Shown: positions 1 through 8,772, numbered from the stretch's first letter. The stretch: DNA of 64,000 nucleotides from a virus (IMGVR_UViG_2931736537_000001:1-64000); one strand, 5' to 3'. Notes: generated by a model from the letters alone, not told the origin. Translations and numbers: made by a program.

Positions 1-132
1 CGGCCCGGGCGGCCCAACGTCCGCCCCCCCCCCCGCCCGGCGGGGGGGGGGGGGGGGGGTGGGGTTGGGGGGGGGGGGGGGGGGGGCCGGGGGGGGGGGG
101 GGGGGGGGGGGGGGCCCCCCCCCCCCGGGGGG
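1..132. other. Poly-G/poly-C low-complexity tract, probable sequencing or assembly artefact
   Basis: Almost pure G and C homopolymer runs at the window start; normal coding sequence begins abruptly at 133. Confidence 0.7.
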
Positions 133-492
133 CTAGGAGGGGTTCGTTGCGGGCCGTGGGGCGGCGTTGGGAGCGTGCTCGATGCCGGTGTCCTCCAGGG
201 CGTACTCGGCCCGAAGAGCGCGCTGGTGCATGGCGTTGTAGGTGGCCCAGTGGACGGGTTCGCCGTAGCCCTCGTTGCCGGGGGTGGCGATGCGGTTGGC
301 GGCCACCAGCTCCAGCGCCGCCGTGAGGGCCGCGTCGGAGATCTGGTCGGCGACTTCGGGCGCTACGTGCTCGCCGAGCAGCTCGCGGAGTTTTGTGCGG
401 GCCTTCTCCCGTCCGGCGAGGAACACGGACGGGTGGGCGTCGGGGAGCTTCATGGTGGTCTCCGGGTCGGGTATGGGCCGGGCGCCGGTCAT
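133..492 (-). CDS. hypothetical protein
   Basis: GC3-biased ORF, ATGA overlap with the upstream gene. Confidence 0.65.
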   Translation of the reverse strand: MTGARPIPDPETTMKLPDAHPSVFLAGREKARTKLRELLGEHVAPEVADQISDAALTAALELVAANRIATPGNEGYGEPVHWATYNAMHQRALRAEYALEDTGIEHAPNAAPRPATNPS

Positions 493-842
493 GCCGCCGC
501 CTGTTCGCCGTCGTGGTTGTCGCAGACGAAGGCGAGCGGCTCACCGTCCTGGGGAAGGTTCAGCTCCACGTTCTCCTCCTTGCTGCACAACAGGCAGGTC
601 AGGGACACGGAGCGGAGCAGACGCAGGGGCCGGACGTGGGTGGTGGCGGGAAGGCTGAGCGGGCCGTCGCACCCCGCCAGCGTGAGCACGACCAGGGTGA
701 GTTCCGCCGATACGGGGGCCCGGCCCCCTTCGATCACCGTCAGGGCGGTGTGCGGTGCGTCGGGGAAGGCGAACACGTCGCCGGGGCGCAGCTCGTGGAC
801 GTGGACGGGGCGGTGGAAGCCGACGGTGACGATGTGGGTCAT
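489..842 (-). CDS. hypothetical protein with C-terminal CxxC...CxxH
   Basis: 3' part of ORF 489..1847; ATG at 842 (MTHIVTVG); CLLC...CDNH. Confidence 0.6.
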   Translation of the reverse strand: MTHIVTVGFHRPVHVHELRPGDVFAFPDAPHTALTVIEGGRAPVSAELTLVVLTLAGCDGPLSLPATTHVRPLRLLRSVSLTCLLCSKEENVELNLPQDGEPLAFVCDNHDGEQAAA

Positions 843-882
843 GGGAGCGTGGTCTGCCTTCTGCTGCAGCTGGGCGGGTTGA

Positions 883-1278
883 TCAGCGGGTGGGGAAGAA
901 CGCTTCGGAGAGGGCCTTGAGCGCGTCGTCCTCGAGGTCCTGCTCCTCGTGCTCGCCGCCGTGCTCGGCGACCAGGGAACGGACGAGGTCCTCGGGGACG
1001 GCTCCGAAGTGGCGGAGATGGCCGGCCTCGTCGACGTCGCCGTACTGCTTCCAGGACTCGGGGACCGGCACGAGGGTGACGAGGTAGACCTCGAGGTGGC
1101 TGTAGGGGCCGGGGTAGTCGGCGGGCGCGGTGCCGGTGCCGTAGAGCCGGGGGCGGGGCCGGGACCAGGCGCCGGGTCCCGCCTGAACGGACAGCACGGT
1201 GTCGTCGGCCAGGCGGACGCAGCGGGGCAGGCGGCCGGTGCCTTCGGCGAGGACGCGGTCGAGTCGGTCAGTGCGCAC
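883..1278 (-). CDS. hypothetical phage-type protein
   Basis: AAGGAG RBS upstream; normal amino-acid composition (LSVQAG...HGG). Confidence 0.7.
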   Translation of the reverse strand: MRTDRLDRVLAEGTGRLPRCVRLADDTVLSVQAGPGAWSRPRPRLYGTGTAPADYPGPYSHLEVYLVTLVPVPESWKQYGDVDEAGHLRHFGAVPEDLVRSLVAEHGGEHEEQDLEDDALKALSEAFFPTR

Positions 1279-1297
1279 GGGGCGGTACTCCTTGCGG

Positions 1298-1525
1298 TCA
1301 GGTGCGGTCGGGCTGGGTGGTCAGGTACGGCGCGGCCAGTTCGACCGCCGAGTCGTGCTCGGCGTCGAGCTGGAGGCCGCGCAGCTCGGCCTTGCCGCGG
1401 GCGCGGACGACATGGCGCAGGTAGCGCTTGCCGCCGTCGGCCGAGACGTCGCTGCGAAAGCGGTGGGGGCCGACGGCGCGTCCCCGGAGGCTGACGCCTC
1501 GGCTGCGGGGCCTGCGACGGGACAT
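1298..1525 (-). CDS. small basic hypothetical protein, first gene after conserved promoter 1
   Basis: GAGGAGG RBS; lies directly downstream of the promoter at 1553-1582. Confidence 0.65.
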   Translation of the reverse strand: MSRRRPRSRGVSLRGRAVGPHRFRSDVSADGGKRYLRHVVRARGKAELRGLQLDAEHDSAVELAAPYLTTQPDRT

Positions 1526-1552
1526 GCGGTCCTCCTCTGTTCGGTGGGTTCG

Positions 1553-1582
1553 ACACTAGCCTTAAACCCAATACGTAAGCAA
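1553..1582 (-). promoter_or_regulatory. Conserved promoter/operator, copy 1
   Basis: Minus strand: TTGCTT-ACGTATTGGGTTTAAGGC-TAGTGT (18-bp spacer). Confidence 0.8.
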
Positions 1583-1710
1583 CGGGCTTCCCGCGTTGTG
1601 AGGGCGCGCAGTGGTGAGGATTCGGGGCAGGAAGGTCGGCCGGTCTTGCCGCGCAGGCCAGCGCGGTGGAGCATCGGCATCGACTGTCGTTGATCTGGGG
1701 GGAGTTGGCC

Positions 1711-2160
1711 GTGCTTATCCTGTTCGCCTTGCTGCTGGCCGCGGTGGTGGCCGTTCTGCTGATGCTCGTCGTGCAGCGCCGCGAGCAGCACCGGGAGACG
1801 CTGAGGGCCGCCGTGCTGCAGACGCAGGTGGACCTGCTGAAGACCACGGCAGCCGACCCGGGGCTGGCTCGGGCCGCCGCCGGGCCGGGCCTCGCCGGCG
1901 AGGAACCCGCCGTGGTCCGACAGCACCTCTTCTTCGACGCCCAGGTGACCGCATGGGAGCTGCACTGGCGAATCGGCGCCCTGTCCCAGCAGCAGCTCCG
2001 CGCGCACGCGGAAGCACTGCTGGCCGACGAGGCGGGCCGCCTGTACTGGGAGCGCGCCCGCAGCGCCCGTCTCGGCTTGGCCGGGGACGACTCGAAGCTG
2101 CGGGCCTTCGCCGCGGTGTTCGACGCCGCCCGGCAGGAGCCGAAGACCGCCGCGCGCTGA
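1711..2160 (+). CDS. membrane-anchored DUF6082-like protein
   Basis: N-terminal TM helix, then QVDLLK..AADP..RQHLF..W..YWERAR. Confidence 0.6.
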   Translation: MLILFALLLAAVVAVLLMLVVQRREQHRETLRAAVLQTQVDLLKTTAADPGLARAAAGPGLAGEEPAVVRQHLFFDAQVTAWELHWRIGALSQQQLRAHAEALLADEAGRLYWERARSARLGLAGDDSKLRAFAAVFDAARQEPKTAAR

Positions 2161-2227
2161 CATCCAGATCACCGAGGGCCGGACGCGAGGTTCGCGTCTG
2201 GCCCTCGCGCCTATGGGCCGTCGGAGG

Positions 2228-2246
2228 GTGATTGCGAGGCAATCAT
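2228..2246. repeat. parS-like palindrome, degenerate distal copy
   Basis: GTGATTGC-GAG-GCAATCAT. Confidence 0.6.
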
Positions 2247-2317
2247 CAGACCCGGGCGCGGCGCCAGTGCACCGCCCGGCACGCCCTCCTACGGTGGGGG
2301 TCTCGCCGGAGGTCAGC

Positions 2318-3268
2318 GTGCCCCCCTTCCCTCTGCCTGCACCGCTCGCCCTGGCCCGCGCGGTGGACAGCGTCCCCGACGGCCCCACGTGGAGCCTGGA
2401 GCCGAAGTGGGACGGATGGAGATGCCAGCTGCACACCGGCACGCAGCGGGTGTGGAGTCGGCACGGCACCGACCTCTCCCTGGCCTTCTCCGACGTCGCC
2501 GCGGCGGCTGTCGGCCTCCCGGACGCCGTGCTCGACGGGGAGCTTGTCGCCGTGCTGGCCGACGGCTCCGGAGTCGCCTTCGACCGGCTGCAGACCCGCG
2601 CGGGCCGCCGAGGCCCGCGTCCCGGCGCCGACTTCACCGTGCACGTCGCCGTCTTCGACGTCCTGGCCGTCGGCGACACCGACTGGCGGCCGCGGCCGTA
2701 CACCGAGCGCCGGCGCGAACTGCTGCGCCTCCTCGATGGCGGCCCGGCCGAGCTGCGCCCAGTGCCGGCAACCACCGACCCCGCCCAGGCGCTCCGGTGG
2801 GTCGGAGCGCTCGCCGGGGTGGAGGGCCTGGTCGGCAAACCGGCCCGGGCGCCGTATACCGCCGGTCAGGCCTCCGGCTGGGTGAAGTGGCGCAGCAGGC
2901 ACACCACGGAGGCGGTGGTCATGGGCGTCACTGGGGCGACGCCGGCGACGCAGGCCCTGGTCCTGGGCCGGCCACAGGCCGGCCGCATGCGTGCGGTGGG
3001 CGTGAGTCTGCCCCTCCCCCAGGCGGTCCGGGTGGCCGTGGCACCGCTGCTGCACGGGACCGGCGGGCCGGTGAAGGAGCTGCCGGGCACCGTGGGCGGG
3101 CTGCCCGGCGCGGCCCCGGTCCGCTACGTGCCGGTGGAGCCGGAGGTGGTCGTCGAGATCGAGGTCGACCAGGCGCGGCTGGAGTTCGGCCGGTACCGGC
3201 ACAGGCCCCGGGTGCGGCGGGTGCGCGGCGACCTGGGGCCGGGCCACCTGTCCGAGGACCCCGGATAA
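2318..3268 (+). CDS. ATP-dependent DNA ligase (LigC-like)
   Basis: EPKWDGWR (motif I), LDGELV, FDVL, EGLVGK, WVK, C-terminal OB domain with RYRH; start uncertain. Confidence 0.9.
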   Translation: MPPFPLPAPLALARAVDSVPDGPTWSLEPKWDGWRCQLHTGTQRVWSRHGTDLSLAFSDVAAAAVGLPDAVLDGELVAVLADGSGVAFDRLQTRAGRRGPRPGADFTVHVAVFDVLAVGDTDWRPRPYTERRRELLRLLDGGPAELRPVPATTDPAQALRWVGALAGVEGLVGKPARAPYTAGQASGWVKWRSRHTTEAVVMGVTGATPATQALVLGRPQAGRMRAVGVSLPLPQAVRVAVAPLLHGTGGPVKELPGTVGGLPGAAPVRYVPVEPEVVVEIEVDQARLEFGRYRHRPRVRRVRGDLGPGHLSEDPG

Positions 3269-3271
3269 CGG

Positions 3272-3410
3272 GAAAGGCCCACCTCGCGAGCGGTGGGCCT
3301 CTCAAGGAGCGCTCCGGGACTCTTACCCGGCCCCCGACCCCGACCCCTCCATTACGGAGGTAAGGGGGCCAGCTCTTCATGAGCCGCTCTTCCGCCCGGG
3401 CCCGGGCGGC
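3272..3410 (-). ncRNA. candidate structured small RNA
   Basis: Lies between a -10 box (TATAGT, 3417-3422) and a terminator hairpin (3275-3300); consists almost entirely of stems. Confidence 0.4.
3275..3300. terminator. hairpin terminator, possibly bidirectional
   Basis: AGGCCCACC-8nt-GGTGGGCCT just after the ligase stop; TTTCC tail on the minus strand. Confidence 0.6.
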
Positions 3411-3417
3411 ACCACAA

Positions 3418-4044
3418 CTATACAACGCTGCGTTGTACGAAGTCGAGGGGGTTCCGGCCCGGTTCGGCCAGCCAGCCGGGCGCCGCGGCGGGGGCGGCGT
3501 CGTGCCCCACGACGTACGGGCCGTCCCGCGTGACGGTCCCGGCAGCTGGGACGTACGAGCCGGTGCAGTGGACCTCCACGTGCCAGGCGAGCGGGCCCGG
3601 CGCGGTCGGCGGGCAGGTCCCCGCCGGGCGGGCGAAGTACAGGTGCACGCGCCCGCCCGGCCCGTACACGCTGTACGTCTCCACCGGCAGCCGCGCCCGC
3701 TGCTCCTCGAGGAGCAGCGCCAGGACGTCTGCGCCGTCAGCGACGCCGGGCCGCCGGTACGGCCCGGGCAGGGCTTCCCCCGCTACGGCGGGCACCAGGT
3801 CGAGCACGAGCAGGCCGGAGGCGCACGGGACGATGCCCACGTTGAAAGGCCCGCTGTCCCAGCAGCGCACAATCCGCCAGGTGTTGGTGGTGGCCCGGGC
3901 CGACCAGTCCTGCACGGCCGGATCGGTGGTGCCCGGGCGCAGCGGGAAGACGTGCCAGCCGCGGGCGGCGGCGGCCAGCGCCACAGCCCTCAGCTCCTGC
4001 TGCCGGGCTCCCAGGGAGGCCAACGCCCGCCCGCGGCCGTTCAC
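3418..4044 (-). CDS. bifunctional DNA primase/polymerase N-terminal domain protein, possibly inactive
   Basis: AAARGWHVFPLRPG..P...W...ATT...NVGI...LLVLDL...GRVHLYF; the DxD motif reads DLV. Confidence 0.8.
   Translation of the reverse strand: MNGRGRALASLGARQQELRAVALAAAARGWHVFPLRPGTTDPAVQDWSARATTNTWRIVRCWDSGPFNVGIVPCASGLLVLDLVPAVAGEALPGPYRRPGVADGADVLALLLEEQRARLPVETYSVYGPGGRVHLYFARPAGTCPPTAPGPLAWHVEVHCTGSYVPAAGTVTRDGPYVVGHDAAPAAAPGWLAEPGRNPLDFVQRSVV
3421..3437 (-). promoter_or_regulatory. 17-bp palindromic operator (second family) overlapping a -10 box
   Basis: TACAACG-CTG-CGTTGTA; minus-strand context GACTTCG-TACAACGCAGCGTTGTA-TAGTTGTGGT closely matches the 10408 promoter. Confidence 0.6.
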
Positions 4045-4847
4045 CGGTGGACCTCGCCCCAGGTCCCGCGCCGCTCGGCCGCGGTCGGCAGGTCACCGCG
4101 CCGCTCGGTGAAGGCTGGCGGCATCTCGTCGTCGAGGGCGTTGCCGACGATGACGTTGCGGTCCATGAAGTCGAAGGGCATCCGGCCGTCGACCTCGAGC
4201 CAGAGCGCGGTCCGCGCGAGGTCGACGGCGACCGGGTCGATGTCGACACCGAAGACGCACTCGCGCATGACGACCGGCAGGGCGTGCTTCAGGTGCACGG
4301 CCGGGGCCGGAGTGACGCCGGAGACGCGCTCCGCGAGTCGCCGGGCGATCAGCCGGGTGGCCTCGATCAGGAAGACGCCGGCGCCGCACGCCGGGTCGAT
4401 CACGAGGATCTGCAGCACGTTGCCGGGATCCGGGTGCTGGGACAGCTTGCCCAGTTGGGGGCCGAAGCTCAGGCGGCACATCGCCGCGGCCACCTCGGGT
4501 GGCGTGTACCAGGAGCCGAGTGTGGCGCGGGCCCCGAGGCCCTTCCTGTCGACGGTGGCGCTGCCGTCCGGTCCCCGGGAGACGGTGAGCTGGAGCAGCT
4601 GCTGGTTGACCTCGCCAAGGTCCATGATGTGCCAGCCGTCCAGCGGTCCCAGGGCGTCGAGGGCCTGTTCGGCGGCCGGGTCGGCCGGCCGTGTCAGCCG
4701 CGGAGGCTGCAGTCCCCGGGCCTGCGCCAGGCGGTCGATGAGGCAGCGGAGCGTGTACTGCCGGGCCTGCGGCCAGTCGGCTGTCTGCGCGTACGCCTGG
4801 GCGGCGTTGGCGCAGGCGGTGACTGCGGCTTCCGGGGTAACGGTCAC
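4041..4847 (-). CDS. N6-adenine DNA methyltransferase-like protein with SAM-binding half only
   Basis: GSWYTP, IDPACGAGVFL, FGVDIDPVAV, GNAL; ends before any NPP(Y/F/W) motif. Confidence 0.8.
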   Translation of the reverse strand: MTVTPEAAVTACANAAQAYAQTADWPQARQYTLRCLIDRLAQARGLQPPRLTRPADPAAEQALDALGPLDGWHIMDLGEVNQQLLQLTVSRGPDGSATVDRKGLGARATLGSWYTPPEVAAAMCRLSFGPQLGKLSQHPDPGNVLQILVIDPACGAGVFLIEATRLIARRLAERVSGVTPAPAVHLKHALPVVMRECVFGVDIDPVAVDLARTALWLEVDGRMPFDFMDRNVIVGNALDDEMPPAFTERRGDLPTAAERRGTWGEVHR

Positions 4848-5317
4848 CTCTCCGGCTCCCCTGCTGCCTCAGACGCCGTGGCGGCCGGCTTCTGCTCCCT
4901 CGGCGGCATGTAGGGGTGCCAGTGGGCGACTTCGCGGTGCTTGAGGTTGCTGGCGACGACGGTGGGCCAGTCGAGGTCAGGGAAGCGCCGGGGCGAGACC
5001 GGGTGCTTCTCCCAGTTCGGGGCGCCCGTGTCGTCGGCAAGCAGGGCCTCGACGAGGCACTCGTGGCACACGCCGGTGACGAACCCTTCGCCCTTGCGCT
5101 CGTGGTGCAGGTGCAGGTGCCGGTAGGACGCCTCGCGCAGCAGGCGCTCCCAGTTGACGGCCCGGGCGACGCGTTCCACGACGGCCTCCATGGCGTCCTT
5201 GACCGCCCAGTAGTCGTCGGTGGGCATGTTGACGCATTCGCCGCGCAGCCCGTTGAACTGCTGGGCGCCCAGGACGTCCTGGGTGAGGGCGCCGATGATG
5301 GCCTGCCTGTTGGGCAT
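4844..5317 (-). CDS. hypothetical protein
   Basis: AAGGA RBS; GTGA overlap with next gene; follows promoter copy 2. Confidence 0.65.
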   Translation of the reverse strand: MPNRQAIIGALTQDVLGAQQFNGLRGECVNMPTDDYWAVKDAMEAVVERVARAVNWERLLREASYRHLHLHHERKGEGFVTGVCHECLVEALLADDTGAPNWEKHPVSPRRFPDLDWPTVVASNLKHREVAHWHPYMPPREQKPAATASEAAGEPER

Positions 5318-5390
5318 GAGAGTCCTTCGTGAAAGGGCCCCGAACTCCACCGAGGCGGAGGCCGGGGCCGGTACGGGGTGGGCTGCAACT

Positions 5391-5418
5391 ACCGTACTAA
5401 AACCCAATACGTAAGGGC
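5391..5418 (-). promoter_or_regulatory. Conserved promoter/operator, copy 2 (divergent -35)
   Basis: Minus strand: GCCCTT-ACGTATTGGGTTTTAG-TACGGT. Confidence 0.7.
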
Positions 5419-5437
5419 CAGGTTTAATGGCTATCTG

Positions 5438-6241
5438 TCAGGCGGCTGGCGCCTCCTCTGCGGCCCCCTCCTGCTCCCGGCGGAGCTGGGCCAGCGTCAG
5501 GCGGTGGGTCTCGCCCCGACGTATGCGCTTCAGGATCGACACGTCCTTGCCGAGGAAGACGCGGATGCCCTCCTCCTCCCGCTCGGCGCGGGCGTACCGC
5601 TCCGGGAAGGTGGCCAGCAGGTGCTTCCACTGGCCCTGGCCAGCCCGAATGCACGCGCCACCACAGTTGTTGTGGGCGAAGCCGAGCCCGTACAGACGCG
5701 GTGGCTCCAGCCCGAGGTCGCGCAGCTCGTCCAGCAACTCGTCCTTCGAGCGGTCGGGACCGTCGAGCAGCGGAAACTCGACTTGCCACGGAGCCCAGTT
5801 GCGTTCGATGGCCGCCGTGCGGGGCCGGTCCTTCTTCGTCGGCTCGATACCCACGTAGACCCGGGACGTCTCCGGCGGCGCGTACTGCTCCATCCACTCC
5901 CGGCAGGGAATCTGCTTCAGGAACTTGGTGCACGCGGCGAACCGGTCGTTGCCCAGGAAGCGGATGTCGCGGAAGAGCTGCCATGGGTCACGGCCGTCCT
6001 CGACGACCGTCAGGGGCACACCGATGAAGTCGGAGACGTCCCGGCTGAAGCGCCACAGGTCGGGGTCCTCGACCTGGGTGTTGGCGATCAGCAGCGCCAT
6101 CGCCTCGGGGCCGACCCGCTTGGCGATCCGGATCGCGGTCAGGGCCGACCCGGCGCCCCCGCTGAACTGGACGACGTGACGGGTGCCGGGGTGGGGCACC
6201 CCCGGCGCCTGCGCGCCGGGGGTGCTGCTCGCCGTGGTCAT
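5438..6241 (-). CDS. PAPS-reductase-like PP-loop (adenine nucleotide alpha hydrolase) protein
   Basis: HVVQFSGGAGS PP-loop, EDPDLWRF, CTKFLK, HNNCGGAC. Confidence 0.75.
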   Translation of the reverse strand: MTTASSTPGAQAPGVPHPGTRHVVQFSGGAGSALTAIRIAKRVGPEAMALLIANTQVEDPDLWRFSRDVSDFIGVPLTVVEDGRDPWQLFRDIRFLGNDRFAACTKFLKQIPCREWMEQYAPPETSRVYVGIEPTKKDRPRTAAIERNWAPWQVEFPLLDGPDRSKDELLDELRDLGLEPPRLYGLGFAHNNCGGACIRAGQGQWKHLLATFPERYARAEREEEGIRVFLGKDVSILKRIRRGETHRLTLAQLRREQEGAAEEAPAA

Positions 6242-6702
6242 CGGGCCTCGGACTCCCCTGGGTCGGTCGACTCGACGGCCTGGTCGGCCTGCTCCGGGCC
6301 GGAGGTCAGGAACGCGGCGAGCGCCCTGTCCCCCGCACCGGACTCGGCGTCCTTCTTCTTGACCTGGTCGAGCAGGAAATTGCGCTGCGTCTGAAGGCGG
6401 CGGACCAGGGCGAGCAACGTGCGCACGTCCTCGCGGGCGTGGCCGACGAACACGGCGTCGGCCTGGACCTGGGCCCAGTCCTCCTCGGCCGTCCTCTCGC
6501 GGTGCGCCGGGTCGTTGTCGAGAGGCTCCTCATCCAGCCGGGCGATTCCCCGGCGGGCGCGGTAGCCGTGCCCGGTCTCCTGCAGGTCGGCGGCGATCTC
6601 GATGAGGCCGCCCGACTCGTAGACGCCCCAGGGGCCAGCGGTGGCGGCGGCTTCCCGGGCCTCGATCTCGGCGAGCTGCTGCTCGGTGGGAAGGGTGGTC
6701 AT
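6238..6702 (-). CDS. phage Ead/Ea22-like protein
   Basis: AAGGAG RBS; LAEIEAREAAATAGPW...DAVFVGHAREDVRTLLALVRRL. Confidence 0.6.
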   Translation of the reverse strand: MTTLPTEQQLAEIEAREAAATAGPWGVYESGGLIEIAADLQETGHGYRARRGIARLDEEPLDNDPAHRERTAEEDWAQVQADAVFVGHAREDVRTLLALVRRLQTQRNFLLDQVKKKDAESGAGDRALAAFLTSGPEQADQAVESTDPGESEAR

Positions 6703-7314
6703 GCTGCTCCTTGTCGGGCTCGTGCACGTTCCAGAACCGCCGTCACGGCGTCCTGGCGTAGTCGTCGGTGGATGGGTGGACCGCACTCGCCGCGCATCCC
6801 GAGGCTGCGAAGTCGAGAGGCGGAGGATCTCGCCGGGCCGCAGGGGGCGGCCGGTCTCCAGCAGGTGCTGCACGGAGGCCGGCGAGGCCCAGTCGTAGTC
6901 CGACCAGTCGTCGGCCAGGGCGGTGTTGCAGCCGCAGGCGCAGCGGTACCGGGTGACCAGGAGGAGCGCGCTGGCGGGCTGGACGTCGCAGCCGTCCCAG
7001 GGGAAGCCGTCGGCGAGCCTGATGAGCGGGCCGTCCGCGGCCGTCCAGGCCGCGCCTTGGCAGGGCAGACAGGTGCAGCCCGGGTCGGCGAGCTGGGGCG
7101 TGGCCCAGTACGGGTCGGTGAAGTGTTCGGCGAGGACCAGGCCGTCGCCGCCCGGCAGGTGGAGGCCGGGGAAGTCGGCCAGGATCGTGTCGCCGAGCCG
7201 GACCTCGTCGGCGCGTAGCACCTCGGCCCGGGCGAGGTCGGCCGCCGGGACGGCGGCGTAGTCCCCGCCGGTGGGCCGGGGCGGGATGGCGATGCGGTAG
7301 GGGATGCCGGTCAC
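6703..7314 (-). CDS. hypothetical Cys-rich protein, in frame with the downstream Ead-like gene (no separating stop)
   Basis: 5' part of ORF 6238..7314; GTGA overlap with the upstream gene. Confidence 0.45.
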
Positions 7315-7685
7315 TCGTCGTCCTCGGTCAGGTGCCGCAGGTCGATGGCCCAGCCGATCTGTCCGGTCGCCCGGCGGGTGCCCATGTGGATCACGCCGGG
7401 CATGTAGCCGTCGCGCAGGGGCTGCCAGTTGTGCAGCCGGTGGTCGTGCAGGGCGGCGATCAGGTCGAGGGCGAAGGCGTCGTGCGGGGGCTCGGACCGG
7501 AAGACGGCCGTCTCATGGCTGGGCGTGCCGTTGGCGACCCGCCGGTAGAGGCGGACCTCTTCCTGGCCGGTAGCCACGCTCAGCAGCAGCAGGGCGCTGT
7601 GGGCCGGTGGGGTACCGGCCGGGAGGCCGGCTGCGAGCAGGGCCCGCAGCCGGTCCGCCGACGCCTCGGTGGCGTTCAGTCCCAC
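7311..7685 (-). CDS. hypothetical protein
   Basis: 3' part of ORF 7311..7985; GTG start overlaps the previous stop. Confidence 0.55.
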   Translation of the reverse strand: MGLNATEASADRLRALLAAGLPAGTPPAHSALLLLSVATGQEEVRLYRRVANGTPSHETAVFRSEPPHDAFALDLIAALHDHRLHNWQPLRDGYMPGVIHMGTRRATGQIGWAIDLRHLTEDDE

Positions 7686-7906
7686 TTGCGGACCCCGCTC
7701 TCGCAGTGCCGGGTCAGCCACTCGCGACCCTGGCGCGGGTCGAGTCCGGCGTTGCCGATGCGGCGGCCCTCGGAGTCGTTGGTCAGCACCAGGAACTTGC
7801 CGGCATTGAGCTGCTCGACCGCGTAGCGGATCGCGTCCTCCTCCCGCTCGGCGGCCATCCATTCGGCGCCGGTCTGCGGTGCGTCGGCCGTGGTGTTCGC
7901 CGTCAT
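7676..7906 (-). CDS. small hypothetical protein
   Basis: First gene after promoter copy 3; GAAGGGGG RBS. Confidence 0.65.
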   Translation of the reverse strand: MTANTTADAPQTGAEWMAAEREEDAIRYAVEQLNAGKFLVLTNDSEGRRIGNAGLDPRQGREWLTRHCESGVRKWD

Positions 7907-7946
7907 CGCCGGCCCCCCTTCCTATCCGGGTGTGTACGTGCGTCAG

Positions 7947-7975
7947 ACCATAGGCGAAACCCAATACGTAAGCAA
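7947..7975 (-). promoter_or_regulatory. Conserved promoter/operator, copy 3
   Basis: TTGCTT-ACGTATTGGGTTTCGCC-TATGGT (17-bp spacer). Confidence 0.8.
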
Positions 7976-8136
7976 TAGCGTTCAACGCGGTTTTGATCTT
8001 GACTCCGAGGGCCGACCAGAGCGTTCATGGAGGTGCCCGGGGAACACCGCGAAGCGCACGCGCCACGGGCACCGCAGCACCAGCTGCCCCCGGCCGGGGA
8101 GCTCCCGAATGCCCAACCCGAGGAAACGAGGACACG

Positions 8137-8772
8137 ATGACGAACACCCAGGCCCCGGCCGAGCTGAAGCCCTCCGAGAAGAAGGCGCTCGCCGCCCTCG
8201 CCGAGCACTCCGGCGCGACGGCCGCCGAGATCGCCCGGCACGCGGGGATCGGCGGATCGACGGCAGGCAAGGCCCTGAAGACCCTCGAGAGCTGGAACCG
8301 GGCCTACCGCGAGCACGGCGAGAAGGACGGCGCCCGCCGGACCCCGGACCGCTGGTTCCACCGGCCGGTCGAGACCACGCCCGCCCACATCTCCGACGAG
8401 GCCGAGGCCCCGGCGCCCGCCGAGGCGCAGGCGCCGGTCACCGAGGAGGCCCCGGCGCCTGCCAAGGACGCGGCGGACAGCGCCCCGGACGCGGCCGAGG
8501 CGGCCGAGCCCCAGGGCCCGGCGCCGGAGGCCGCGACGGAGGCGGACACGGCCCCCGCCACCAAGCGCCTGGCGCGCGGCGGCCTGCGGCAGATGGTCTA
8601 CGAGTACCTGGAGACCCACCCGGCCGAGGAGGTCACCCCCTCCCGCCTGGCCAAGCACCTCCAGCGCAGCGCCGGGGCGGTCGCCAACGCCCTGGCCAAG
8701 CTCAAGGACCACGGCCAGGCCGACCTGGTCGGCGAGAGCCCTCGCCGCTACCGGCTCGCCGGACAGGCGTAG
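8137..8772 (+). CDS. double winged-HTH (MarR-like) DNA-binding protein
   Basis: ATAAEIARHAGIGGSTAGKAL and VTPSRLAKHLQRSAGAVANAL separated by an Ala/Pro/Glu linker; GAGGA RBS. Confidence 0.8.
   Translation: MTNTQAPAELKPSEKKALAALAEHSGATAAEIARHAGIGGSTAGKALKTLESWNRAYREHGEKDGARRTPDRWFHRPVETTPAHISDEAEAPAPAEAQAPVTEEAPAPAKDAADSAPDAAEAAEPQGPAPEAATEADTAPATKRLARGGLRQMVYEYLETHPAEEVTPSRLAKHLQRSAGAVANALAKLKDHGQADLVGESPRRYRLAGQA

Noticed and set aside
1-132. G-quadruplex or telomere of a linear replicon
   Set aside because: Irregular homopolymer runs at the sequence edge look like read-end artefacts; the ordered palindromes of Streptomyces telomeres are absent.
2928-3425. Protein-coding gene antisense to the ligase
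   Set aside because: Crosses a terminator hairpin, overlaps the ligase and has a low-complexity translation; an sRNA or UTR reading is preferred.
5438-6241. DndC/phosphorothioation or Dpd system
   Set aside because: Only a lone PP-loop protein; no dndABDE, ssp or dpd/que genes recognised.
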